A stretch of 64,000 nt of DNA from an uncultured delta proteobacterium (lineage in GTDB: Bacteria; Desulfobacterota; Desulfobacteria; Desulfobacterales; JAFDCJ01), in assembly GCA_963769935.1 (NCBI GenBank), contig CAVYNY010000001.1:1-64000 (forward strand), read 5' to 3'. Below the pieces are notes generated by a model. It did not search any database. It was not told where the DNA came from and was given only the letters and a program-made list of their open reading frames with translations. The position numbers and the translations under genes are program-made. Shown one piece after another: positions 29,859 through 40,411 of the stretch (position 1 is the stretch's first letter; every line of letters starts with the position of its first letter).

Positions 29859-31552
29859 CCAAAAGCGAAATATCTGAAAACATCAGATCAAAAACGGCCC
29901 ATAAAGCACTGCGGAAAAAGGTGGACCGGATTGCCGGGGGCGAAGCCGTCGGTTTGACTGAAGAAGAGCAGCTGGATCTTTTGCGACTGGCCCATGAGCT
30001 CGAGCTGGTCCAGGTAGAATTGGAAATTCAAAACGAAGAGCTGCAGAAAACCAGCCGGGATTTGGAGGCCGCAAGATTTGAGTTCTGGGATCTGTACGAA
30101 TCTGCGCCGGTAGCCTATGTCTCCCTGAGTAAAAAGGGTATCGTGGAAAAGGCCAATGCCGCCGCCCGGCAAATGCTGTCCGGAAGATCGGACGGCCATT
30201 TGATCGGCCAGGCCTTTTCAAATTTTGTCATGCCTGAAGATATGAACCGTTATTTTCAGGATATGAAAAAAATCACCCGAAATGAGAAGCCCGTTTTTTT
30301 TGAACTGCAGTTTGTGGACGCCGCGGGAAGGTCGATACCCGTTTACTGCCAGGCATCAACCAAATTTGACCCGCAAGGCGGGTTAATCAGCTGGAACCTG
30401 GCTTTTTTCGACATCTCCGAACAAAGGCGGCTGGAAGAAGCGCTGCGGATCAGCCGGGAGAAACTGGCAATGGCCACTCAAGCCGGAGGAATCGGCATCT
30501 GGATTGTGGACCTGAAGACCGGCAAATCCCACTGGAACGCGCCGCTGTATCGCATGCTGGGGTTGGCGCCCCGCAGCGGCCCCGAGGATCAGCAGGAATT
30601 TTTCAAATTCATTCATCCGGATGATCGCCAGGGTGTGCTGGAAAGCGCGCAAAACGTGGCAACGCTTGAACATAAAATCGACCTGGAATTTCGCATCATC
30701 CGAGCGGACGACGGCAGCACCCGCTGGCTGGCGGCCAGAGGATCCATCGACCGCGACGACAGCGGCCGGCCGGTCCAGTTAAGGGGGGTCAACTTCGATA
30801 TCACCGATCGCAAACAGGCCGAAGAGACGCTGCGCCTGGCACAATTTCAGCTGGCCGAGCAGCTGGTGGAAACCAGGCAGATCAACGAGGAGCTTTCCCA
30901 GTATGCCTACGCCGTCACCCACGACCTGAAAGCGCCCCTGCGTGCCATTCGCAACTACGCCGATTTTCTGTACGAGGACCTGGCCGACACGCTCACCGGC
31001 GATCAGAAAGAATATCTGAAGGGGTTGAAGAGGGCCGTAGACCAGGGAGACGCCCTGATCAACGACCTGCTGAACTTTTCACGCGTCGGGCGGGTATCGC
31101 TGGTGAAGCAGGCAGCCGATGTGCCCGGCATCGTGCACGAGATTCGCTCCCTGCTCGACCTGCCGCCCGGTGTTGAGATCGAAGTTCAACCGCAATGGCC
31201 GGAGGTTTGGGCCGACCACACCCTGCTGAAACAGATCCTGCAGAACCTGATCGTAAACGGCATCAAATTCAACCAACGGAAGCTCAAACGCATCGAAATC
31301 GGCTGGCAGCCGGGACCGGATGCCCGCCTTGAAATCTTTGTGCGCGACAACGGCATCGGCATCAAGCCCGAATACCGGGACCAGGTATTTAAGATTTTCC
31401 GGCGGTTGCACACCGACAGCGAATACGAAGGCACCGGCATCGGCCTGGCCATAGTGCAGAAGGCCGCCCAGAAACTGGGCGGTTCGGTGCGGCTGGAATC
31501 CACAGCCGGTGAAGGCAGCACGTTTTATGTCAACCTGCCGAATTCCAAATAG
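29855..31552 (+). CDS. PAS-domain sensor histidine kinase
   Basis: THDLKAPL H-box and N, D and G boxes. ATGA overlap with the CheBR gene. Confidence 0.93.
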   Translation: MTKSEISENIRSKTAHKALRKKVDRIAGGEAVGLTEEEQLDLLRLAHELELVQVELEIQNEELQKTSRDLEAARFEFWDLYESAPVAYVSLSKKGIVEKANAAARQMLSGRSDGHLIGQAFSNFVMPEDMNRYFQDMKKITRNEKPVFFELQFVDAAGRSIPVYCQASTKFDPQGGLISWNLAFFDISEQRRLEEALRISREKLAMATQAGGIGIWIVDLKTGKSHWNAPLYRMLGLAPRSGPEDQQEFFKFIHPDDRQGVLESAQNVATLEHKIDLEFRIIRADDGSTRWLAARGSIDRDDSGRPVQLRGVNFDITDRKQAEETLRLAQFQLAEQLVETRQINEELSQYAYAVTHDLKAPLRAIRNYADFLYEDLADTLTGDQKEYLKGLKRAVDQGDALINDLLNFSRVGRVSLVKQAADVPGIVHEIRSLLDLPPGVEIEVQPQWPEVWADHTLLKQILQNLIVNGIKFNQRKLKRIEIGWQPGPDARLEIFVRDNGIGIKPEYRDQVFKIFRRLHTDSEYEGTGIGLAIVQKAAQKLGGSVRLESTAGEGSTFYVNLPNSK

Positions 31553-31581
31553 GAAAAACTCGCCGCTGTCTGCCGGTCGGC

Positions 31582-31744
31582 TTAGGGTTCACGAAAAAAT
31601 AAGTTCACAATTTTAGGCGTTGCGGCGCCCGGCCGGCAAGGCGCGAAAACGCAGGAATATCTGGATATTCCGAGCTTTCGCAACGCAGCCGGGAGGGATG
31701 CCGCGGCGTATAAAATGTGAAGGTATTTTTGAGTGAACCCTTAG
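31582..31744. mobile_element. ~160-bp fully self-complementary MITE-like element flanked by TTAG
   Basis: Paired arms: AGGGTTCAC/GTGAACCCT, AAAAATA/TATTTTT, TTCACA/TGTGAA, GCGAAA/TTTCGC and GGAATATC/GATATTCC. TTAG occurs at both ends. Confidence 0.65.
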
Positions 31745-31867
31745 TGTCGACAAACGAAGGATTGGTACTTCAAAAGGCGCAGGGTGGCCATTGCCCATCG
31801 AGGAAACCCGTTTGAGGAGGGCATATTTTACCGGTTATAATGCTGTATTATGATTGCACAACCATCA

Positions 31868-32557
31868 TTAGCATTGCCCCAGCAGGATTTCACGCGCTTT
31901 GGGCCCGCAGTTGAACAGCAGATCAAACGTCGAAAGGTCGGGGATAAAATCGCCCCACAATTGCGGGTAGACCGGCGAGCGGGGATTGATCCGGCGCAGT
32001 TCGATGCCGGCGCTTTCGAACAGCGCGGCATTCAGATATTTGTCGGCGGCACCGGGCGCCAGATAAACGGACGCATCAAAATAGCGGCAGATCTCAAGCA
32101 GCAGCCGATCGCCGCCGGCGTCGATATTCAGTTCGGACAGCCGGAGGATCTCGGTTTCAAGGCCGAGATTCAGCATCAGATGCCGGAGAATGGCGAGATT
32201 AAAATCAATGAGCCGGCCGGAAGCCGTTGAAAATATATTCTCGATAAACTGAAGATGTTCATAAAAATAAGGGGCAGCGGCATAGGCCTGTTTCAGGCTG
32301 GCCGGGTGTTTGCGCGGCCAGCTGCCTTCACGGCACAGGCGCACGTCATCGATAGATTGCAGTCCCAGACCTTTTTTCCAGACGGGAATCGTCATCCACA
32401 GAGTCCCCTGGTCGTTTTTAAAGCGATTGCGGGTAATCCAGGTAGTTGCCCTGGGAAACTGAACACAGTCGAGGACGACAAAAACATCGGCCAGATGAAC
32501 GCGGTAAAAAAATCCGGGAAAGGGGGCGAAATAGGGTCGGCTGGCGGAAATGATCAT
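31868..32557 (-). CDS. WbqC family protein
   Basis: PYFAPFPGFF, DVFVVLDCVQF, WITRNR and LSTFDLLFNCG. Confidence 0.88.
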   Translation of the reverse strand: MIISASRPYFAPFPGFFYRVHLADVFVVLDCVQFPRATTWITRNRFKNDQGTLWMTIPVWKKGLGLQSIDDVRLCREGSWPRKHPASLKQAYAAAPYFYEHLQFIENIFSTASGRLIDFNLAILRHLMLNLGLETEILRLSELNIDAGGDRLLLEICRYFDASVYLAPGAADKYLNAALFESAGIELRRINPRSPVYPQLWGDFIPDLSTFDLLFNCGPKAREILLGQC

Positions 32558-32561
32558 GGGT

Positions 32562-33500
32562 TCAACCGGAATTGATAATCTGCAGTAATTCTTTTACCAC
32601 ATGGTCGGCCTCAGCGCGCTTTACCTGGCAGGTGCCGACCTCCCGGTGGCCTCCGCCGCCGTATTTCAGGACCAGAGATCCCACGTCCACCCGGCAAGTT
32701 CGGTTAATGATGCTGTGCCCGATGGAGATCATCGTAAACGCATTATTTCTTCCATCGACCATGCGCAGGGAGATGTTGGGCTCAGGATACATCACATATT
32801 CCAGAAAACGGTTGCCTACCGGAATATCTTCGATACCGCGGAAATCAATGACGATGGCATCGCCTTCGATCCGGGTATGCTGCCTGAGCAGCGCTTTATA
32901 ATTCTGCGTTTCCTCGGAATACACCTGAACCCGCTCCTGAAAATCCGGCAGGGACAGGATTTCTGCCACGGTTTTTGAGCGCAGCAAGCCGGGCAGCTGC
33001 TTCATCAGCTCGAAATTACTGATACGGAAGGTGCGTTTATATCCCAGTCCGGTGCGCGGATCCGCAAGAAAGGACAGCAGCACCCATCCCCGGGGATTTA
33101 ATATATCATCCCGGCTGAATCGGGCGGAATCCGCTATACCGACAATTCGTATCAGTTCTTTAAATTTTTTTAATTTCTCCGCATAGGCGTCATTGTCTTT
33201 ATAGTAGTTATAAATAACCTGGGCCGCACTGGGCAGGAGTTCACTGGCGCCCTTGAATTTGCCTTTCATACCCAACCGTTGGTGTTCACTGGAATGATGA
33301 TCAAACCACAATCCGCACCCCTCGACATGCGGCACGTTGGCAATAATGTCATTTTCGGATACTTCTACTTTATTATCCTGTAAATCCTTGGGGTGAATAT
33401 ACAGGATTTCATCCACCAGGCCCAGCTCCTGCAATATGGCCGCACACGCTGAACCGTCAAAATCAGAACGGGTTAGCAGTCTCACATTTCCACCTTTCAT
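32562..33500 (-). CDS. DHH-family phosphoesterase (NrnA/exopolyphosphatase-like)
   Basis: TRSDFDG, FDHH and C-terminal GGGGH motifs. Confidence 0.9.
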   Translation of the reverse strand: MKGGNVRLLTRSDFDGSACAAILQELGLVDEILYIHPKDLQDNKVEVSENDIIANVPHVEGCGLWFDHHSSEHQRLGMKGKFKGASELLPSAAQVIYNYYKDNDAYAEKLKKFKELIRIVGIADSARFSRDDILNPRGWVLLSFLADPRTGLGYKRTFRISNFELMKQLPGLLRSKTVAEILSLPDFQERVQVYSEETQNYKALLRQHTRIEGDAIVIDFRGIEDIPVGNRFLEYVMYPEPNISLRMVDGRNNAFTMISIGHSIINRTCRVDVGSLVLKYGGGGHREVGTCQVKRAEADHVVKELLQIINSG

Positions 33501-36297
33501 CCAGCACTTTGCGAACCGTTACGGCAAGCTCACTCATGATGATGGGTTTGAGAACGAACTCCCTGATTCCGATCGCTTGGGCCTTTTCTTTGGAAATTCG
33601 TTCACTGTAGCCGGTACAAAGGATTACCGGGATATCGGATCGGATTGCCATCAGTTTGCGGGCCAGTTCGTCACCGGTCATGTTGGGCATGGTCATATCG
33701 GTGATGACCAGATCGAATTTGGGAGGCTGGGCGATGAACAGCTCCAATGCTTCGATGCTGCTCGTGCGGGTGGTGACATCGTAACCCAGGCGTTCCAGCA
33801 TCTGATAACCCAGATCCACCAGGGCTTTTTCATCGTCGATAAATAAAATCTTTTCGTTCCCGGTGGGCATGGCCATCTTCGGCCTGGTTTCAGTATCGAC
33901 TTCACGCTCGATGACAGGCAGATATATATCAAAACTGGATCCCTGATCGACGGAACTTTCCACCGTAATCGTTCCGCCGTGGCTTTTTACGATACCCAGT
34001 ACCACGGCCAGGCCCATGCCGGTCCCTTCTCCGCGCTCCTTGGTTGTAAAGAAAGGGTCGAAAATGCGGTCGGTGATTTTCTTGTCCATACCGTGCCCGG
34101 TATCTCTCACCCTCAGTTTTAAATAAGTTCCGGCCGATAAATAGGGATGCTGTTCAAGAAAATCTTTCTGCAGTTCGACCTCGGAGAGTTCAATTTTCAG
34201 CTGCCCACCTTTTTCCCGCATGGCGTGGGCGGCGTTGGTGCAAAGATTCATCATCACCTGATGAATTTGGGTTGGATCAGCCATCACGGCGGAATTACTC
34301 CGCAGGTTCGGCTCGATTCTGATTGTCGTCGGCAAGGAGGCCCGCAGCAATTTAAGGGTTTCGATGACAATCTGGCTTATCTGGACGGGTTTTAGTTCCT
34401 TGTCCGTTTGACGGCTGAACATAAGAATCTGCTTCACGAGATCCCGGGCACGATTGCCGGCTTTAAGCACTTCCTGCAGGTTCCTATGCTGCTGAGATCC
34501 ATCGGCCGTATCTGCCAGCACAATTTCGGTATAGCCGATGACGGCCGACAGGATATTATTGAAATCATGCGCAATGCCCCCCGCCAGGGTGCCGATGGCT
34601 TCCATTTTCTGGGCCTGCTGCAACTGGGCCTGGATGTGAAGGCTTTCTTTTTCGAGATCTTTGATGCGCGTAATATCGGTGGCGATTTCCAGACGCACCA
34701 ACCGGCCGTCCACCCACTTGATCGCCCGATCGTAATTGAGGTACCACCTGCCGGTAGCGCGGTTTTTGGCTTCCCAGACACAGGGTCCGGCCGGTTGGCC
34801 TTTTGAATCAATTAACTGCTCATTGGTACAGTCGCTGCACGGGCCGGAGAAATTACGAAACACCTCGTAGCAGGTCTTGCCCACGACGTCCTCGCCGAAG
34901 CTTTCGTGCATATGCTTATTGACCAGCAAAATTTCATAGGTGTCCATGTCGGCCACATAAATATCGGCATCGATACTGTCTAAAACCGTAAGAAACCGCA
35001 CATGGGAATCGATCAGCGCTTTTCTTGACCGATTGCGTTCGCTGATATTGGTTGCGATAATAGTCAGCCCGCGCGCCGTGCTCTCCGATCTCAAGGGCGA
35101 GACGCTGATGTGCGCCGGAAACAAAGCCCCGCCTTTGCGAATGGCGGCGGTCTCGAAATTTCGGGCGGTTTCCTGCTTGAAGCAGCTGGTGATTTGGGCT
35201 CTCTGGTTCGAGGTGAAGTCAAATATATTTTCGATATTCTGCCCCACCAGTTCTTCCTTCCGATAGCCGCAGAAGTTCAGGCTGGCGGCATTGGCATACA
35301 CGATCCGGCCATCGGCATCGGCCGCAATGGCACACTCCTCTACATTTTCAATCATGGAGGATATCAACGAAAGCTGCTGGGAAAGCTGGTGGTGCTCAAC
35401 TGCCTGGTCCAACCGGATGTCTGATTCGAAAGAATCGATATTATCCCGGGTGACTACAATAAAACCGGTGTCGATATTGCCGGGGATGTTGATGGCCCCC
35501 GGCGTATGGCCGGTTACCCTGGATCCATGGTTATAGTCGTAGAGCAATTGAAAAGCCATATAGGTGGAGACTTCGCTCTTCTGGAAAAAGGCTGCATCGA
35601 TTACGCCTGATCTAACCAGCTGGAAATGTGGCGCATCGGCATCCACACAAATCAGCTTTACGGAACCGATCAACCCCATTTTTTCCAAAGCTCGCGCCGC
35701 CGCAGGGCCGCAGTCACCGTTAAATCCCACAATGCCCTTCAGATCCGTACAATGGCGCAGAAATTCCTCGATGACGGGCTCTTCCAGCCTGGGATCCGCA
35801 TCCGGCTCCTCAACCGCTGCCAACACTTCGATATCGGGATAACGGGAGATGTGCTGCCGGAAACCCGTGACACCCAGCTTGACATTTTCAAGGTCAAAAG
35901 CTCCCAGAGTCAAAACCCGGCCCTGGTTTGTCAGTAAAGCTGCCATTTTTTCGGCCATGGTGGTTCCCATGCGGTACCAATCCGATCCGACATAGGCATG
36001 CCGCTTGCTCCGGGGAATATCCCGATCGACACAGACGACCGGAACGCCGTTGTCGACGGCTGCATCAACAGCCGATACGATTTCCGCCTCGCCCCAGCCG
36101 ATGAGCATAATGCCGGCGACCTTGCGCTGAACAGCATCATACACCGCTTTCACATAGGGCTCGGTAGCGGTGTCTTCCGGTCCGGCAATCGATATTTTGA
36201 CATGATAGTGTCCTGCCAGGCGCAGCAGTATCGGATGGGAGCGGCCGCTAAAGACGGGATGGTGGGCAACCTTGGAAATCCAGACATATTCTTCCAT
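33463..36297 (-). CDS. Hybrid histidine kinase: sugar-binding (PBP type 1) domain, PAS x2, HisKA, HATPase, receiver
   Basis: N-terminal GVPVVCVDRD..AYVGSD, AHDFNN H-box, GTGMGL, and receiver motifs FIDDE/TDMTMP. Confidence 0.92.
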   Translation of the reverse strand: MEEYVWISKVAHHPVFSGRSHPILLRLAGHYHVKISIAGPEDTATEPYVKAVYDAVQRKVAGIMLIGWGEAEIVSAVDAAVDNGVPVVCVDRDIPRSKRHAYVGSDWYRMGTTMAEKMAALLTNQGRVLTLGAFDLENVKLGVTGFRQHISRYPDIEVLAAVEEPDADPRLEEPVIEEFLRHCTDLKGIVGFNGDCGPAAARALEKMGLIGSVKLICVDADAPHFQLVRSGVIDAAFFQKSEVSTYMAFQLLYDYNHGSRVTGHTPGAINIPGNIDTGFIVVTRDNIDSFESDIRLDQAVEHHQLSQQLSLISSMIENVEECAIAADADGRIVYANAASLNFCGYRKEELVGQNIENIFDFTSNQRAQITSCFKQETARNFETAAIRKGGALFPAHISVSPLRSESTARGLTIIATNISERNRSRKALIDSHVRFLTVLDSIDADIYVADMDTYEILLVNKHMHESFGEDVVGKTCYEVFRNFSGPCSDCTNEQLIDSKGQPAGPCVWEAKNRATGRWYLNYDRAIKWVDGRLVRLEIATDITRIKDLEKESLHIQAQLQQAQKMEAIGTLAGGIAHDFNNILSAVIGYTEIVLADTADGSQQHRNLQEVLKAGNRARDLVKQILMFSRQTDKELKPVQISQIVIETLKLLRASLPTTIRIEPNLRSNSAVMADPTQIHQVMMNLCTNAAHAMREKGGQLKIELSEVELQKDFLEQHPYLSAGTYLKLRVRDTGHGMDKKITDRIFDPFFTTKERGEGTGMGLAVVLGIVKSHGGTITVESSVDQGSSFDIYLPVIEREVDTETRPKMAMPTGNEKILFIDDEKALVDLGYQMLERLGYDVTTRTSSIEALELFIAQPPKFDLVITDMTMPNMTGDELARKLMAIRSDIPVILCTGYSERISKEKAQAIGIREFVLKPIIMSELAVTVRKVLDERWKCETANPF

Positions 36298-36561
36298 CTG
36301 TTGTACCCTTCACGAATGGTTAATGAGCCCTACCCAAAAGTGCAGCCCTTGGGCAGCATGCAGTCGGCAGTCTGCACAGCTGCAGGAATCAGAGAACAGA
36401 TTTGTTGACCGGAAATTCAAGACCAGGTAAAGCAGTCGAATTAAAGATAATATATCATATCAAAGACTTGGTGACAAGGTGTAAACGTGAAGAGATAGGA
36501 AGGCGTCATTTAAACAAAAAATTGATTGATACGAAAATTACCTTGCTTAATAAAAATCATG

Positions 36562-36871
36562 AAAACTCCAAGCATCAAAATACAAACCCCAAACAAATCC
36601 CAATGACCTAAATTAAAAATTCCAAACAGATAATCCGTTTATCGCTTGGCCCGAAGGCATAATCCCCAGCAAACCAGGGGGGTGAAGGGATGCGACGCAA
36701 TTGTAGTGAGTGTTTTGGTCATTGAAAATTGAGATTTACCTGCCCTGTTAAATCATCTTGCAAGGATTAACGGAATAGGTCAATAATGTGATCTTCATAA
36801 CTCAGACCGATGCACCCTCAGCCGAATAATTTAACAGGGTAAATAATTTGGTGCTTGGGATTTGGAATTTT
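36562..36871. repeat. AAAT(C/T)CCAAA-type long inverted repeat with a nested insertion
   Basis: The arms resemble 47571-47780. The right arm is interrupted by CCCTGTTAAAT...ATTTAACAGGG (36743-36839). Confidence 0.75.
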
Positions 36872-36935
36872 TTCGTCTTACATAACCTTCTGAGGCAACT
36901 GAACCCAGGACCCAGTACCCTGACCCGTTGCAAGT

Positions 36936-39900
36936 CTAGCGCAACTTTATTTCCCGATAAGGCAACCCCAGCGACTGTGCCAGGTCCATCAGGGCCTTTT
37001 CCAGAGTCACTTCTTCCCCGCGACTGTTTTTCACTTTAATGAGCTTATCCGCCACCACAAAAATCTGGATTTTGTGCGGATCGAGGTATTCTTCCGCCAG
37101 CCGGCGCAGATCGTCTCTATCGGCCGTGAAAAATGCATCCTGGATTTTATCCAGCGTGTCAAGGGGCTCTTGACGCATGTAATATCGGCCGTAAACATTT
37201 ACCAGATCCGCCGGGGTGTCCACGTTAAAAACAAAGCTGTTTAATGCATCCAGCCTTTTTTGTTCAAGCTCATCTTGCGGGACATCCCGGCCCAGCAATT
37301 TCATAATGTTGAGCGTCTCTTCCAGGGCCGGCACGGTTTTATCACCTTTGCAGCCGATATAGCCGATGAGAACACCGGCCGACCACTTGTATGTCTCATA
37401 AAAAGCGGCGGAGTAAACCAGGCCGAGATCATCGCGCAAACGGGTATACATCATGGAATCGTTGCCGCCGAAAATGTGCATCAGCAAGTTGATTTTCCAG
37501 TAGTCCGGCTGCCGGCGATTAACGCTGGGCAGGCTCAGCGCAATCTGAGACTGCACCTGACCGGGCTTGGGAATCAGGGCCAACACCGGCGGTGTTGGCC
37601 CGGGATCAGGCAGCTTCCGCTGCGGCGCCGGTGTCTGGGGCAAGGCTTTAAAAAGCTGCTCTAATCCCGTTAGGGCTTCCTGCCTATCGATATCGCCGGC
37701 TATAGCGGCGACCATGTTGGACGGCACAAAATATGTATGCAGAAATTGCTTAAGATCCTCGCCGGTAATTGCCGGAATGGTTTTAAGCGCAGATAGAGGA
37801 TCGCGACCGTACGGATGGCCCTGGAAGTGCCAGATATCCCTTTCGCGCGCGGCCACCGACTGGGCATCTTCTCCCTGCCGTTCAAGGCCGGTCATTTCCT
37901 GAGCTTTGACGACCGCCAACACCCGGGAATCAAATGCGGGCCGGGTCAAAATTTCCTGCAATATGCGCAAGCCCGCCTGCCAGTCTTTTTTGAGCACCGA
38001 TAACTGAATGGCCGTGTCTTCCTCCCCGCCTTCAATGCTGATCCGAATGGCATTTTCATCAAGCAACCGCGCCAGCTCAGCCGGTGCGTGGGATGCGGTT
38101 CCGCCCAGGACGAGGCTGCCGTTCAGCAAATCGATCAAACCGCTCCTGGAATCAGGCACATCAACCGAACCGGCCTTGACCAATAAGGTTAAATCCACCA
38201 CCGGCAGCTCCCTGTCCGGCAAATAAAAGACTCTGCTGCCGCCGATAGGCAGGTCTTCGGCGGCGGGGTATTCGATTTTCTGGGGATGACGCTGAAAAGA
38301 CAGCGGATGTTTCCAGCCGACGGGCGTCGGATATTGGGAAATGTTGGTAAAATCAGGCGGACGTTCCATTTTGGCGGATCTGCTGCCGGCAATTGAACGA
38401 ACCTCCGAATAATTCTCGGGGGGTCGTTCCGGCTGTCCCCCGGGAATGACATACACGCTGGTTTGATTGTCCGTTTGAATGTACTTGTTGGCGGCCTGAA
38501 GGATATCCTCGGGCGTGATGCTTGCAATGTTCTCCAGATAACGCAGCAGGTAGCGCCAACCCACCTGAACCTCGAGCGTGGCCAGGGTGCCGGCCAGGCT
38601 TTCGTTGCTGCGCATGCCGTCAATAAAGTCGCGCTGGTTGAGCTTCTTAATACGCTGAAGCTCGCCGGCGGAAACCGGCTCGGTTTTAATTTTCTCGACT
38701 TCCGCTAAAAGCAGCCCTTCCAGTTCCTGACAGGCCTTAAGGTACGCCCGGCGCTTTTCTGCATCGCTCACCCCTTCTTTCCCGGTGATCTCCGGCTGAT
38801 TGGGCGACCCGCCCAGAATGATCATTCCGCCGTAGCGGTTGTCGGGGTTATAAGACCAGGCCACCTGGGCCAGTCCTTTGTTGGTGATATTTTGGGTCAG
38901 GCGGGCGCTGAGGCCATGGCTCAAGATCATGGTCATGGCGTCCAGAGCATAAAAATCCCTGGTATCCATGGGGGCAGCGTGGAAACCGATCCTAACCAGA
39001 GGCGTGCGGGCGCCTTTCAAGTAGCGGATGCTTTGTCGCGGACCCTTCTGCACCGGTTCCTCGGTGACATTTTCAGAGGCGCGCTTACCGGCCGGATAGC
39101 GTTCGAAGTAGATTTCAGCAAACCGGCGGGCCCTCTCCAGTGAGACATCACCCACCAGAACACAGACGGCATTCGTGGGATTATAATAGGTCTTATGGAA
39201 CGCGGCGGCATCCTGTGTATTGAATTTTTCCATATCGGATTTCCAGCCGATGGTCGGATTGCGATAGGGGTGGGCGCTGTAAGCTGTCGCGTCAAGATCC
39301 AGCCAGGCCGCGCCGTTGGGGTCGTTGATATAGCGAAACGCCCATTCCCGCTGGACGACTTCTTTTTCGACGTAAAACTCGCGCCAGGCCGGTTCGAACA
39401 CCTGTTCGCTAACAATTGAAAACCACTGCTCCAACATGTCGGAGGGCACGGAAGCGACATACTGCGTCTGGTCCTTGGTGGTGAATGCGTTGACGCCCAC
39501 CGCACCATTTTGGCCGAGCTGGGAAGAAAACACCTGGGGAATATATATTTTTTGCACCTCCAGCCGCAGTTCATTCATTTCGGCCGTCTTTTTCGCGATC
39601 AAGTCCTGATCGGGGTTTCGTTTGCTCTGTTCCGCGAGCACGACCTGGTAAGCGGCCTCGATGCGGGCCTGCAGCTGTTCATCTTTTTTGTAGTCCAGCG
39701 ACCCGAAATTTTTGGTGCCTTTAAACATCATGTGCTCCAGCAGATGGGCGATGCCGGTTTTGCCGGTTTCCTCGAGCGCCGAGCCCGCACGAATCGCCAG
39801 ACGAACGGCAACCTGAGGCGTTGCCGGCCGTTCGACCACCAGAAACAGCATACCGTTTTTAAGCTTAAAATGCTGGACGTCGATGTTGAGATCATAAGCT

Positions 39901-39977
39901 GTGTCACCGGCGGCATAAACGTTGCCGGTAAACACCAGCAAAAAGAGCGTCAATATAAAAAGTTTAAGGGTGCGCAT
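36936..39977 (-). CDS. Secreted M16 (pitrilysin/insulinase) zinc peptidase, fused two-part form
   Basis: Signal peptide, HLLEHMMFKG (inverted HxxEH), NAFT, and RLRDDLGLVY. Confidence 0.93.
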   Translation of the reverse strand: MRTLKLFILTLFLLVFTGNVYAAGDTAYDLNIDVQHFKLKNGMLFLVVERPATPQVAVRLAIRAGSALEETGKTGIAHLLEHMMFKGTKNFGSLDYKKDEQLQARIEAAYQVVLAEQSKRNPDQDLIAKKTAEMNELRLEVQKIYIPQVFSSQLGQNGAVGVNAFTTKDQTQYVASVPSDMLEQWFSIVSEQVFEPAWREFYVEKEVVQREWAFRYINDPNGAAWLDLDATAYSAHPYRNPTIGWKSDMEKFNTQDAAAFHKTYYNPTNAVCVLVGDVSLERARRFAEIYFERYPAGKRASENVTEEPVQKGPRQSIRYLKGARTPLVRIGFHAAPMDTRDFYALDAMTMILSHGLSARLTQNITNKGLAQVAWSYNPDNRYGGMIILGGSPNQPEITGKEGVSDAEKRRAYLKACQELEGLLLAEVEKIKTEPVSAGELQRIKKLNQRDFIDGMRSNESLAGTLATLEVQVGWRYLLRYLENIASITPEDILQAANKYIQTDNQTSVYVIPGGQPERPPENYSEVRSIAGSRSAKMERPPDFTNISQYPTPVGWKHPLSFQRHPQKIEYPAAEDLPIGGSRVFYLPDRELPVVDLTLLVKAGSVDVPDSRSGLIDLLNGSLVLGGTASHAPAELARLLDENAIRISIEGGEEDTAIQLSVLKKDWQAGLRILQEILTRPAFDSRVLAVVKAQEMTGLERQGEDAQSVAARERDIWHFQGHPYGRDPLSALKTIPAITGEDLKQFLHTYFVPSNMVAAIAGDIDRQEALTGLEQLFKALPQTPAPQRKLPDPGPTPPVLALIPKPGQVQSQIALSLPSVNRRQPDYWKINLLMHIFGGNDSMMYTRLRDDLGLVYSAAFYETYKWSAGVLIGYIGCKGDKTVPALEETLNIMKLLGRDVPQDELEQKRLDALNSFVFNVDTPADLVNVYGRYYMRQEPLDTLDKIQDAFFTADRDDLRRLAEEYLDPHKIQIFVVADKLIKVKNSRGEEVTLEKALMDLAQSLGLPYREIKLR

Positions 39978-40019
39978 TAAAAAAGCCTCCTGATAAGGTC
40001 CAAAAGTTTGGGGTTTGGG

Positions 40020-40112
40020 ACTCCGCCCTTTGGGCTTCGCTTTCAGCTACGACCCAAAAGGTCGGGCTTCCGACTTCGCTCTTCGAGCTACGACGGGACA
40101 AGTCCACCCCAC
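40020..40112. repeat. CTTCGCT...AGCTACGAC repeat element (two adjacent copies)
   Basis: gggcttcgctttcagctacgaccc and ccgacttcgctcttcgagctacgacggg. Confidence 0.55.
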
Positions 40113-40411
40113 ACGCAGGGTTCAAAGGTTCGAGATCGAGTTTTTACCCCGGTCTGCGATTAGCGATAAACTTATATACAAAAGCATGGGATTTCAAGAC
40201 CACCCGGCGTATTTTTTGGCGTTTGGCCCCAACCGTCGCCTATGGTATAAGGGACAGGCCGGCCTCCGGTATGGCGAATTTTTGCTGGAAACCGGTGGGA
40301 GCCGATTTTGAATTTGCTCCGCTGATACGACAGTGCACCTTGATTTTTCATTAACAAGATTATAATAGTATTTTTTCGAATTATAAAATAAAATCATTGA
40401 AGAGTGTGGGT

